A stretch of DNA of 24,000 nucleotides from Candidatus Saccharimonadota bacterium (GTDB taxonomy: Bacteria; Patescibacteriota; Saccharimonadia; Saccharimonadales; SLHW01). Below, piece by piece: positions 1 to 7,567 of the stretch. Where the stretch lies: the NCBI GenBank assembly GCA_007135955.1, contig SLHW01000003.1:27198-51197 (forward strand), given 5' to 3'. How positions within the stretch are numbered: the first letter of the stretch is position 1; every line of letters begins with the position of its first letter. Position numbers and translations under genes: made by a program. Below the pieces are notes generated by a model that was given only the letters and a program-made list of their open reading frames with translations, was not told where the DNA came from and did no database searches.

Positions 1-186
1 CAACTTGATCGTTTGCGTTCTGGCGGCACACTCAAGGTGACAATCGCTCGCTGGTATACACCAGAAGGCCTGAATATTGACCGTGAGGGAATTGAGCCAG
101 AAATTTCGGTAGAACGAACTCGAGAAGATTTCGAAGCTGACAGAGATCCGCAACTCGATCGCGCGGTTGAAGAGCTCACTCGTTAA
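1..186 (+). CDS. C-terminal fragment of an S41-family carboxy-terminal processing peptidase (5' end outside the window)
   Basis: Frame 1 is open from the window edge to TAA at 184-186. The translation ...KVTIARWYTPEGLNIDREGIEPEISVERT...DPQLDRAVEEL resembles the conserved tail of Ctp/Prc-type S41 peptidases (IARYYTPxG...GIxPDI...DxQLxxA). Confidence 0.55.
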   Translation, partial: QLDRLRSGGTLKVTIARWYTPEGLNIDREGIEPEISVERTREDFEADRDPQLDRAVEELTR

Positions 187-192
187 TCTAGC

Positions 193-221
193 TTGCACCC
201 AACAGCAATAACCGGTAGCAT
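193..221 (+). promoter_or_regulatory. sigma-70-type promoter upstream of pyrG
   Basis: TTGCAC (193-198), 17-nt spacer, TAGCAT (216-221). The leader carries the SD GGAGAGG (237-243), 7 nt before GTG 251. Confidence 0.45.
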
Positions 222-250
222 ACATACGTATATAACGGAGAGGAAAAGCG

Positions 251-1864
251 GTGGCAAAACAACCGACTAAGTATGTTTTTGTAACAGGTGGTGTCTTGTC
301 TGGTTTAGGTAAGGGTATTACCGCTGCCTCTATCGGCAACCTTTTGAAAGCTCGGGGACTAAAAGTAAACATTCAAAAATGTGACCCGTACCTAAATGTA
401 GATGCTGGAACACTTAATCCGGCTGAGCACGGTGAGTGTTTTGTCACTGCAGATGGGGCTGAGACTGATTTAGACCTTGGTCATTATGAGCGCTTCTTAG
501 ATCAGGAGCTCTCACGATCCAGTAGCTTGATGAGTGGTCGAGTACTTCGCAATGTAATTGCCGGTGAGAGAGAGGGCAAGTATCTTGGTAAAACAGTACA
601 GTTTATCCCACATGTAACTGATGCAATTCAGACTGAAATTAGGGTGGCCGCTAGGGGACATGATGTGCATATTGTTGAAATCGGCGGTACGGTGGGGGAT
701 TATGAAGGCTTGAGCTTTCTTGAGGCAATCAGGGAGCTTTCGTTTCAGGTTGGTGAGGAAAACAGCTTGTTTGTCCACGTGGTGTATATCCCGTATCTCG
801 GCGCTAGTAAAGAGTTTAAGACTAAGCCAGCTCAAAACGCTGTACGTGACCTACGAGGTTTGGGTATAAGCCCTGACATATTAGTGGCACGCAGTGAAGA
901 GGAGGCTGATAAAGCAATTGTCAAGAAACTGAGCCTGTTTTCTGGCGTGTATCCGGAATCGATCGTGTTGTTGCCAAATGCCCCTTCGATTTATCAGGTG
1001 CCATTGACGCTGGAAGACACCAATATTGGCAAAGTCATTGTTGATAAACTGCAAGTTAAGGCAAAGCGACCAAACCTTAGTGCTTGGCGTTCGGTAGTAA
1101 AGCGAGCCACCACATGCTACGATCGGTCAGTTACCGTTGGGCTAGTAGCTAAGTATCTCGACAATCAAGATACGTATATGTCAGTTATTGAAGCGTTGCA
1201 GGCGGCTGCAATGTGGAATGATACCAATATAAACATTCGGTGGATTGATGCTGAAAAAATTGAGGACAATCGGCCAGCTTCTAAAGCACTCACTGGCTGC
1301 GATGGTGTAGTGATACCAGGTGGCTTTGGTGTGCGAGCGTTAGAAGGCAAGATTCGAGTAGCACAGTATGCGCTCAAGCGAGACGTGCCGTATCTTGGAC
1401 TTTGTCTTGGCTTGCAGATGGCAGTGATAGCTGCTGCCCGAAACGCTGGCATTAGTTCGGCCACTACTGCAGAGATTGACCCCAAGGCAGAGCACCCAGT
1501 CATTAATACTATGATTGACCAGAGAGGCAAAGAGAATACTGGTGGGACGATGCGTCTTGGCAACTATGACTGCCAGATAGCTAAAGGTTCTAAGGTTGCA
1601 AAACTATACGGCAAGCGTCGTATCCAAGAACGTCATCGTCACCGTTACGAGTGCAATAATGATTATCGAGATAGTTACGAGGAATGGGGCATACGGCCTG
1701 TTGGTATCAACCCAGGCCAGGACCTCGTTGAAATTATCGAGGGAGTTAATCATCCATTTTTTGTCGCTAGCCAATTCCATCCGGAATTTACCTCTCGACC
1801 AAATCGACCAAACCCACTCTTCGATGGCTTGATAAAAGCATTGCTTGCAGAGCAGGCAAAATAG
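251..1864 (+). CDS. pyrG: CTP synthase
   Basis: 537-aa ORF with a GTG start behind an SD. The N-terminus KYVFVTGGVLSGLGKGITAASIG is the classic CTP synthase synthetase motif. The C-terminal glutamine amidotransferase part has GLCLGLQ and the HRHRYE signature. Confidence 0.97.
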   Translation: MAKQPTKYVFVTGGVLSGLGKGITAASIGNLLKARGLKVNIQKCDPYLNVDAGTLNPAEHGECFVTADGAETDLDLGHYERFLDQELSRSSSLMSGRVLRNVIAGEREGKYLGKTVQFIPHVTDAIQTEIRVAARGHDVHIVEIGGTVGDYEGLSFLEAIRELSFQVGEENSLFVHVVYIPYLGASKEFKTKPAQNAVRDLRGLGISPDILVARSEEEADKAIVKKLSLFSGVYPESIVLLPNAPSIYQVPLTLEDTNIGKVIVDKLQVKAKRPNLSAWRSVVKRATTCYDRSVTVGLVAKYLDNQDTYMSVIEALQAAAMWNDTNINIRWIDAEKIEDNRPASKALTGCDGVVIPGGFGVRALEGKIRVAQYALKRDVPYLGLCLGLQMAVIAAARNAGISSATTAEIDPKAEHPVINTMIDQRGKENTGGTMRLGNYDCQIAKGSKVAKLYGKRRIQERHRHRYECNNDYRDSYEEWGIRPVGINPGQDLVEIIEGVNHPFFVASQFHPEFTSRPNRPNPLFDGLIKALLAEQAK

Positions 1865-1880
1865 TACTATCATAAGCTCT

Positions 1881-2264
1881 ATGAACGAACAAGCAACAAA
1901 GAAAATATTACTCGTAGAAGATGATGATGCGCTAGCCAGCGTCTATGAAACACGGCTCCAAGCCGAAGGTTTCGATATAAAACGTGTTCCTAATGGCGAG
2001 GATGCTTTAGCTGCAGCGTTGGAGTACAGGCCAGACCTAATTCTACTTGATGTCATGATGCCAAAAGTTAGTGGTTTTGACGTTTTAGATATCTTACGCA
2101 ATACCCCCGAAACAGCTAGTGTAAAAGTAATCATGCTCACAGCACTCAGCCAAGACAGTGACCGCGAGCGGGCAGAGAGTCTCGGTGTAGATGATTACTT
2201 GGTTAAGTCTCAAGTCGTTATCTCTGATGTTGTCGATAAGATTCGCCAACACCTCAGCGTATAA
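1881..2264 (+). CDS. stand-alone CheY-like response-regulator receiver domain
   Basis: MNEQATKKILLVEDDD..., phospho-acceptor context DLILLDVMMPKVSG, IMLTA (Thr) and DDYLVKS (Lys) are all present, with no output domain. ATG 1881 is preferred over the ORF-track start 1845, which overlaps the pyrG 3' end. Confidence 0.85.
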   Translation: MNEQATKKILLVEDDDALASVYETRLQAEGFDIKRVPNGEDALAAALEYRPDLILLDVMMPKVSGFDVLDILRNTPETASVKVIMLTALSQDSDRERAESLGVDDYLVKSQVVISDVVDKIRQHLSV

Positions 2265-2303
2265 GCCTACCAACTAGTCTTACAATATAGGTTAGCCAAT
2301 CAG

Positions 2304-2332
2304 AGCGAAGCGTTTCGCTATTATTAATAATT
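2304..2332 (+). terminator. possible intrinsic terminator after the receiver gene
   Basis: AGCGAA (2304-2309), loop GCGT, TTCGCT (2314-2319), followed by the A/T-rich ATTATTAATAATT. The U-tract is imperfect. Confidence 0.35.
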
Positions 2333-2359
2333 GACAAAAATTCAAAAAAGTGCTAGTAT
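2331..2359 (+). promoter_or_regulatory. near-consensus sigma-70 promoter of the 374-aa orphan gene
   Basis: TTGACA (2331-2336), exactly 17 nt, TAGTAT (2354-2359), with an A/T-rich tract upstream. Confidence 0.6.
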
Positions 2360-2389
2360 CTAAAGCTAAGACCCCCTAAAATAAAAATT

Positions 2390-3514
2390 ATGAAACCAGA
2401 AAGATACAAGCCACCAAACATAGAAACAAGGCAACAAGCAGTTGCCGAGACATATAGAGCAGCTATGGCTAGTGAGCGCACTGAACACGTGCAATTATTG
2501 CCAGGTGCGAAATTTAACATACCAAACGGTATTCAGCTTGATTTTGGAACAGAGAAGCCAGGAGTTGGCAATCAAGAATTACTAGCATTTGTAAAGTCTG
2601 GTGATGCAATGTTTAGCATAACTTCTTTTGAACCAGCTGACAGTCCAGGTAAACTCAGCTATTTTGTTAATGAAATAGGAACGCCAGATAAGCCAGATAA
2701 GCGAGCCCGAGTATACCAGACAGTACCAAAAGCCATTTCAGTTGACCCAATGGATCAAGAGCAGACAAGGAACCCAGGCGTAAAAGTATTTATAGATAAA
2801 GATAGTTCACTAGCAATAGAGGCGAGCGGCAATAACAACATCGATATTTTGTTCTCGGCGGAAGCTAAAGAAATACCTGATTTTTCAGGAGGAATAACAT
2901 CAGAAAAAACAGCAGCGGGCGGCTTGCGCCGTTTTATCCAGAAGTTTAAAGGAGCTGGCGAATTAGATAACGTCGAGCCAATGGATTTTAATGATTTTCG
3001 TATCTGGGCACCTAAGACCTCAGACGTAGCCTTTATAGCAAAGCGCCAACAGAAGCCTAGTGAAAAAATAAGCCAACGGCCTTTATTCAGTGGTTTGCCT
3101 GAGGATAAGGCCAGACAGGAGACTCCTGGCATTATCGATAGTGTACCGCTGGGAGAGAAACCAGATCCAGAAGAAAAAACTCTGACGCCAGTGATTGACC
3201 GCGTGCCAAGCTTGGCTGAGCTGAAGGCTGAAGCAGCACATGCTCAAGAAGTAGAGGATGCCGAACAGGATCTGAAAGATTTTAAAGAGCAGTTTAGCAA
3301 AGAAGACCAACTAGGCCTATGGAAGTACGCAGCTAATCTACTCAGTAAAATAGAAGCTCAGCAAAAGCATGACGGGCAAGCCTCGATTGATTACGGACAA
3401 CTCGCCGGCGAAGGGCTCCGGATGTTATCTCCGGCAGCCAAAGAAGCCGCTGAAGAATACCGGGCTCGCTTTAATAGGCTCCATGACATGCGCAATAAAA
3501 GCAAAGAATATTAG
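2390..3514 (+). CDS. hypothetical protein, 374 aa, no recognisable family; charged, probably helical C-terminal third
   Basis: Long ORF with only short antisense shadow ORFs opposite it and its own strong promoter. No signal peptide or TM segment is visible. No SD in the ~24-nt leader. Confidence 0.7.
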   Translation: MKPERYKPPNIETRQQAVAETYRAAMASERTEHVQLLPGAKFNIPNGIQLDFGTEKPGVGNQELLAFVKSGDAMFSITSFEPADSPGKLSYFVNEIGTPDKPDKRARVYQTVPKAISVDPMDQEQTRNPGVKVFIDKDSSLAIEASGNNNIDILFSAEAKEIPDFSGGITSEKTAAGGLRRFIQKFKGAGELDNVEPMDFNDFRIWAPKTSDVAFIAKRQQKPSEKISQRPLFSGLPEDKARQETPGIIDSVPLGEKPDPEEKTLTPVIDRVPSLAELKAEAAHAQEVEDAEQDLKDFKEQFSKEDQLGLWKYAANLLSKIEAQQKHDGQASIDYGQLAGEGLRMLSPAAKEAAEEYRARFNRLHDMRNKSKEY

Positions 3515-3520
3515 GCTGCA

Positions 3521-3826
3521 ATGAGCGAAAACAGAGAAAACGAAGGTCGGCAAGTCGATAATATTTTACCAAAAGGCGTGGTTGATGCAGAAAAGGCTAT
3601 CTTTGATGACATTGTTGGAAGTACCCCCGATGGTATAAGTCACGAATACATTGATATCTCAGATCAGCCACAAACTACAAGGGAAAAGCCGGTAGCTAAT
3701 AAAGCGTTAGCTAGAATCAGAAATACTAGCGGTGCCATTGTGCGATTCTTCAGCGAGCTGCCAGCTAGTGGTGGTGCTGCATTGTGGGAAGGTGAAGTGC
3801 GGAAAAAGACCCATCATGAAGATTAG
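3521..3826 (+). CDS. hypothetical protein, 101 aa
   Basis: ORF starts 6 nt after the stop of the 374-aa gene, on the same strand. I recognise no family. Confidence 0.5.
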   Translation: MSENRENEGRQVDNILPKGVVDAEKAIFDDIVGSTPDGISHEYIDISDQPQTTREKPVANKALARIRNTSGAIVRFFSELPASGGAALWEGEVRKKTHHED

Positions 3827-3886
3827 AGCAGTAAAAACATACTGAAGAAGTCGCTTGCAAAAAACATGCTTGATGAAAAATTAAAA

Positions 3887-3915
3887 TTGACTATTTAGCA
3901 AGTAAGTACTAGTAT
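3887..3915 (+). promoter_or_regulatory. near-consensus sigma-70 promoter of the 283-aa orphan gene
   Basis: TTGACT (3887-3892), exactly 17 nt, TAGTAT (3910-3915), with an A-rich tract upstream. Confidence 0.6.
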
Positions 3916-3926
3916 TCATTGTAAAT

Positions 3927-4778
3927 GTGAAAGAGAGAGTTCTTAACATGGAAAACCGCCTAGACATTAGCGACGTGAATCCAGTAGCTAAGCATAGCTT
4001 AGATACTTCAGAAGTGGATCCAACAGAAGAAAAGTTACGGGTCATAACCGCAGAACTTGCAGCACAAACTATCGAGGCAGTAGGTGATGGTCCGCGATTG
4101 TCGACTGTTTCCACAGAAGGTTCAGTGCCTTTTTTTGATTATGATTATATCGGCAATACAAAAAGTATCGGTGGCGGCATGCGTCTAGAGCTTGACCCTG
4201 AATCGTCGATTATTGCATGCGGAGGGACTCGCTCTCCAGTAGTTTTTTCAGAATTACACGCAGCGATTTATTCGAAAGACGCAGTGTTTTTCGTAATGTC
4301 ATCAAGGCTGGATGCGCTCACCAAAGAACGGCACTACCTATTAACTCGCAAAGCTTTAGTCTATAAAGAATCAGATGAAACAGACATTCCGCACCCAGAA
4401 ATTATAGGTGTACTAGAAAGAGGAAGTGAAGTCACTTTGGTTGATAGTCGAGGGTATGTTTCTCACAGTAAAGGCCAAGTTTCTTTGGGTGTTAATGGCA
4501 GAGTAAATATTAGTGCACTTGGTCAGCAAGAGCTGGATGTTGCAACAGCTCAAGGTGCGACTCAAGAAACGTATGGAGATGTAGGGGTAGAAAGCATAAT
4601 ACGATTGCTGTTTAAGGGTTTTTCCGGTAGAACAACAGAGAAGCATCGAATTACCGAGGTAGTGATTGGCACCCAACCTAAAAGCAATGATGAATCTAGC
4701 GGAGTTGATTTTTCTCAAATGCCTCTGCAGTCTTGGTTGCCAAATTCAAATACGCTACGCAAAATCATTGAAACTTAA
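3927..4778 (+). CDS. hypothetical protein, 283 aa (276 aa if ATG 3948 is used), possible distant paralogue of the 374-aa protein
   Basis: Long ORF behind its own promoter. GTG 3927 lies 11 nt after the -10 box; ATG 3948 is the alternative start. I recognise no family, signal peptide or TM segment. Confidence 0.7.
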   Translation: MKERVLNMENRLDISDVNPVAKHSLDTSEVDPTEEKLRVITAELAAQTIEAVGDGPRLSTVSTEGSVPFFDYDYIGNTKSIGGGMRLELDPESSIIACGGTRSPVVFSELHAAIYSKDAVFFVMSSRLDALTKERHYLLTRKALVYKESDETDIPHPEIIGVLERGSEVTLVDSRGYVSHSKGQVSLGVNGRVNISALGQQELDVATAQGATQETYGDVGVESIIRLLFKGFSGRTTEKHRITEVVIGTQPKSNDESSGVDFSQMPLQSWLPNSNTLRKIIET

Positions 4779-4789
4779 GTTGAGTTGCT

Positions 4790-5062
4790 TTATTCAACGA
4801 CGACTTCGGTGCGGGGAACTGATTTGCCGGTGAATTTTTTGTACTTGCGGTCTTGGTAGCGCACAACGCCATCTTGTTTGGCGTGAATAGTGTAGTCGCG
4901 GCTCATAAAAGTGCCTTTGCCAGCACGTTTGCTGGCGCCAGTTTGACGAACGATCACTTGACCAGTCTTAACTGGTTGACCAGTGTAGAGTTTGACGCCG
5001 AGGCGTTTGCCGGCGCTGTCCCGATTGTTTTTACTTGATCCACCTGCTTTTACCTTACTCAT
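4790..5062 (-). CDS. rpmA: 50S ribosomal protein L27
   Basis: MSKVKAGGSSKNNRDSAGKRLGVKLYTGQPVKTGQVIVRQTG... matches the L27 signature (KAGGS-x-NGRDS-x-KRLGVK). SD AGGAGA lies 6 nt upstream. Confidence 0.95.
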   Translation of the reverse strand: MSKVKAGGSSKNNRDSAGKRLGVKLYTGQPVKTGQVIVRQTGASKRAGKGTFMSRDYTIHAKQDGVVRYQDRKYKKFTGKSVPRTEVVVE

Positions 5063-5231
5063 CAGTTTTCTCCTGTCGCCAAAGCCTGCTCAGGTGCAGA
5101 GCACCTGACTCTGCTTTGGCTCACCGCGCCTGCTGCTTCACCCGACTTAAATACTTCCTAATCGTATTATTTATACGACTCGGTCCACTTTAAGTCGGCT
5201 TCATTGCATCCATCGGCGCAGGAGAAACCTG
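5063..5231 (-). promoter_or_regulatory. structured 5' leader of rpmA with an SD-sequestering closing helix (candidate ribosomal-protein leader or riboswitch)
   Basis: On the - strand, CAGGUUUCUCCUG (5231..5219) pairs with CAGGAGAAAACUG (5075..5063). Enclosed are a 10-bp helix (5198..5189 / 5151..5142) capped by the hairpin 5178..5162, and a two-tier hairpin at 5120..5078. A possible -10 TGTAAT sits at 5237..5232. Confidence 0.5.
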
Positions 5232-5261
5232 ATTACACGCTCGGCTGTTAATTTGCATCCG

Positions 5262-6449
5262 TTACGTCCGGGTGAGGACGAGGAGTTCACGGGCGACGAT
5301 TTGGCCTTCTCTACGGTAGATGAGGTCTTCTGTCTTCGCATGAACAAAACTCTGACGAGTATAGCCTAATTTCTCTAGAGAAGCAAGGGTTTTTAGGTGG
5401 TGAACCGCGTTATTTACGTGCCAAGCGGGTACAGCAATACACAGTCGAAAGTCGGGCTTGGTTTGTCTAGTAACGTTTTTGAGGAACTTTGAGGTAATGG
5501 TATCGACATCTTGCATCACTTTTTTGAGAGTTGTCTGGTCTGGGGTTGTAGCAAATGGGCGACCAAGGTATGCTTCACCGGCGATAGTAGTGAAGTCAAT
5601 GCCCCAAGTGTGAGTAGTGGCATCAGCTACGGTAGTAAAGTAATGAGGATTTTCTAGCGAAAAAGCTTTGGTAAGCCATGCTAGATTTGCTTCGGTGTAG
5701 TCAATCATGCGCTGTTCAATATCACTACCGTACGCAGCATAGTTCATGAGCACCGTCTCTTGCGCAATTACTCCGGTGCCACAGAAGGGATCAAGAACGG
5801 TTATTGCTGTCGCTTCGTCATCCGTTAAAGCGAGCTGTCCGACGGCAAGGTTGACGATAGTCTGCGCTAGTTTGGGTGGTAGCATGCCGACCTTGGCATC
5901 ACGCTTGGGACGCTGTTGGTCACGGGCAGTGTAGGCGTCGATATCTTGCACGGCGGTTGTTTTGCCAATATAGAGCTGGTTGTCGGCCCCTTTGCAGATA
6001 ATGATTTCGGCACCATTTTCATCAGTGAAGTGGTTATGAAAAACTTGGGCACTCGATAGCGCGAGATGCTTATTCGGTACAACGCGAACAGATCTACCAG
6101 TACTACGTAGCGCCTTTTTTGCTGTAAGGGCAGTCTTCTGTAGCTGCTTAAGTGATAGGTGCATGCCGTAGACGCTAAACCCAAGATGTATTTTACGGTC
6201 GGGCATGTCAGCAAGCTGTGTCGGCAAGGTATTAACAAGATAGCGCTCTATTTCATTCCAGTTTTTTTGAGGAATGACCGTAAAAAGTTGCGCGATTTTT
6301 TGGGTGCCGCCAAGTCGTGAAAAGTCAGGCGTGCAACTCAGTAGGGCAACCTCCGAATTAAGCTTTGTTACCGCATCACCACCATAGAGACTCTCTAATT
6401 CAGCGAGACTGATTTCTGATTGTCGCCCCAATATGCAAAGTGTTTTCAT
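5262..6449 (-). CDS. SAM-dependent RNA (guanine-N2-type) methyltransferase, UPF0020/Trm11-RlmL-like
   Basis: 395-aa ORF. MLPPKLAQTIVNLA followed by the DPFCGTGVIAQE SAM-binding motif is typical of UPF0020 RNA methylases. GGAGGAGG lies directly upstream of the ATG. Confidence 0.7.
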   Translation of the reverse strand: MKTLCILGRQSEISLAELESLYGGDAVTKLNSEVALLSCTPDFSRLGGTQKIAQLFTVIPQKNWNEIERYLVNTLPTQLADMPDRKIHLGFSVYGMHLSLKQLQKTALTAKKALRSTGRSVRVVPNKHLALSSAQVFHNHFTDENGAEIIICKGADNQLYIGKTTAVQDIDAYTARDQQRPKRDAKVGMLPPKLAQTIVNLAVGQLALTDDEATAITVLDPFCGTGVIAQETVLMNYAAYGSDIEQRMIDYTEANLAWLTKAFSLENPHYFTTVADATTHTWGIDFTTIAGEAYLGRPFATTPDQTTLKKVMQDVDTITSKFLKNVTRQTKPDFRLCIAVPAWHVNNAVHHLKTLASLEKLGYTRQSFVHAKTEDLIYRREGQIVARELLVLTRT

Positions 6450-6503
6450 GCCTCCTCCATTGTACCTTGAATCAACTAACGAGCAATCAGGCCCCGCGTG
6501 CGA

Positions 6504-6509
6504 TATACT
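6504..6509 (+). promoter_or_regulatory. -10 box 8 nt from ATG 6518 (leaderless-type)
   Basis: TATACT, then gatatcag, then ATG. No SD. Confidence 0.35.
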
Positions 6510-6517
6510 GATATCAG

Positions 6518-7567
6518 ATGGCTAATCGACGAGAGAAGATGCAGCGACAGAAAAAAATAAAGACCATTATCACTGTGGTCACGTTTATCGTGCTGGCATT
6601 GATAACCTACGGTATCCGAGATCAGATTGCAGAAACTATAGACAATTTACAAACCGCCAATCCATGGCCGATACTACTGATAATTCCGCTAGCTTTCGTC
6701 AATCATTATTCGTTGGGCAAGTTGTATCAATCGGTGTTTCGAACACTTGGTGACCGATTTCGTACCAGGTCAATGATTCGGCTTAGCCTGGAGCTCAACT
6801 TTGTTAATAACGTTTTTCCTTCGGCTGGAGTGAGTGGCTTTTCGTATATCGGCTTGCGAATGAAAGGTGAAGAGATTGCAGCAGGTAAGTCGGCGCTTGT
6901 ACAGGTCATGCGTTTTGCTCTGCAGTTTATTTCGTTTCAGTTGTTATTGGGCCTTGGGCTACTATCACTTTCGATAGCAGGCAACGCTAACAACTTTGTA
7001 ATTATGGTTGCCGCTTCACTGGTGACGCTACTGTTTGTAGGTACTGGCCTTGCATTGTTTATCATCAGCAGTAAACAACGGATGAATGGTTTTTTTACAG
7101 GACTTACCAGGTTAGCTAATCGGCTGATTCAGTTTATTCGTCCGAAGAACCCAGAAACTATCAATATCCGTCGGGTCGAGCGGTTATTTACCGAGCTACA
7201 TAAAAATTACCGTCGCGTTAGGCACAATTTGCTCGATTTGAAAAAACCTTTGTTCTACGCCCTAGTGTCAAACCTTACCGAAGTACTATCAATTTTTGTG
7301 GTATTTATAGCGTTCGGCGCATCTGTTAATATCGGCGCGGTGATTATTGCTTATGCGGTTGCAAACTTTGCTGGCATTATGTCTGTTTTGCCAGGAGGTA
7401 TTGGGGTCTACGAAGGACTTATGACTGCAGTGTTAGTGGCGACTGGTGTCCCGGTAGCGATTAGTTTGCCAGTGATTGTGACATTTCGGATTGTGAGCAT
7501 GGCTACACAATTACCAATCGGATATTACTTTTATCAGCGAAACCTCAGCGAGCAAACTCACTTATGA
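6518..7567 (+). CDS. UPF0104 / lysylphosphatidylglycerol-synthase-TM-like (flippase-like) integral membrane protein
   Basis: 349 aa with multiple hydrophobic helices and the C-terminal PGGIGVYEG motif characteristic of the family. Confidence 0.7.
   Translation: MANRREKMQRQKKIKTIITVVTFIVLALITYGIRDQIAETIDNLQTANPWPILLIIPLAFVNHYSLGKLYQSVFRTLGDRFRTRSMIRLSLELNFVNNVFPSAGVSGFSYIGLRMKGEEIAAGKSALVQVMRFALQFISFQLLLGLGLLSLSIAGNANNFVIMVAASLVTLLFVGTGLALFIISSKQRMNGFFTGLTRLANRLIQFIRPKNPETINIRRVERLFTELHKNYRRVRHNLLDLKKPLFYALVSNLTEVLSIFVVFIAFGASVNIGAVIIAYAVANFAGIMSVLPGGIGVYEGLMTAVLVATGVPVAISLPVIVTFRIVSMATQLPIGYYFYQRNLSEQTHL

Noticed and set aside
512-1873. Antisense or alternate-frame ORFs inside pyrG (512-835 -, 1165-1563 -, 1596-1832 +, 1604-1873 -)
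   Set aside because: They lie entirely within a confidently identified, conserved gene and have low-complexity or odd composition. They are typical shadow ORFs. The same reasoning applies to the other short ORFs in the track nested in xseA, glyQS, the GH1 gene, the helicase and others.
1845-1880. Longer start (1845) for the receiver gene
   Set aside because: It would overlap the pyrG 3' end by 20 nt and add a non-homologous MQSRQNSTIISS extension. ATG 1881 gives the canonical short lead-in to LLVEDDD.
3884-3897. Shared 14-nt motif AAATTGACTAT[TC]TA at 3884-3897 and 23846-23859 as a specific regulator site
   Set aside because: My back-of-envelope estimate is that dozens of 14-mers with one mismatch are expected between random positions in 24 kb. 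The match is mostly the -35 hexamer plus an A/T-rich UP-like flank, so it is not independently significant.
5063-5261. Degenerate rplU (L21) pseudogene or SRP/other known small RNA in the rpmA upstream spacer
   Set aside because: No frame gives L21-like sequence; only 20-22-codon fragments appear. I see no SRP helix-8 motifs. The SD/anti-SD geometry fits a cis-acting leader better.
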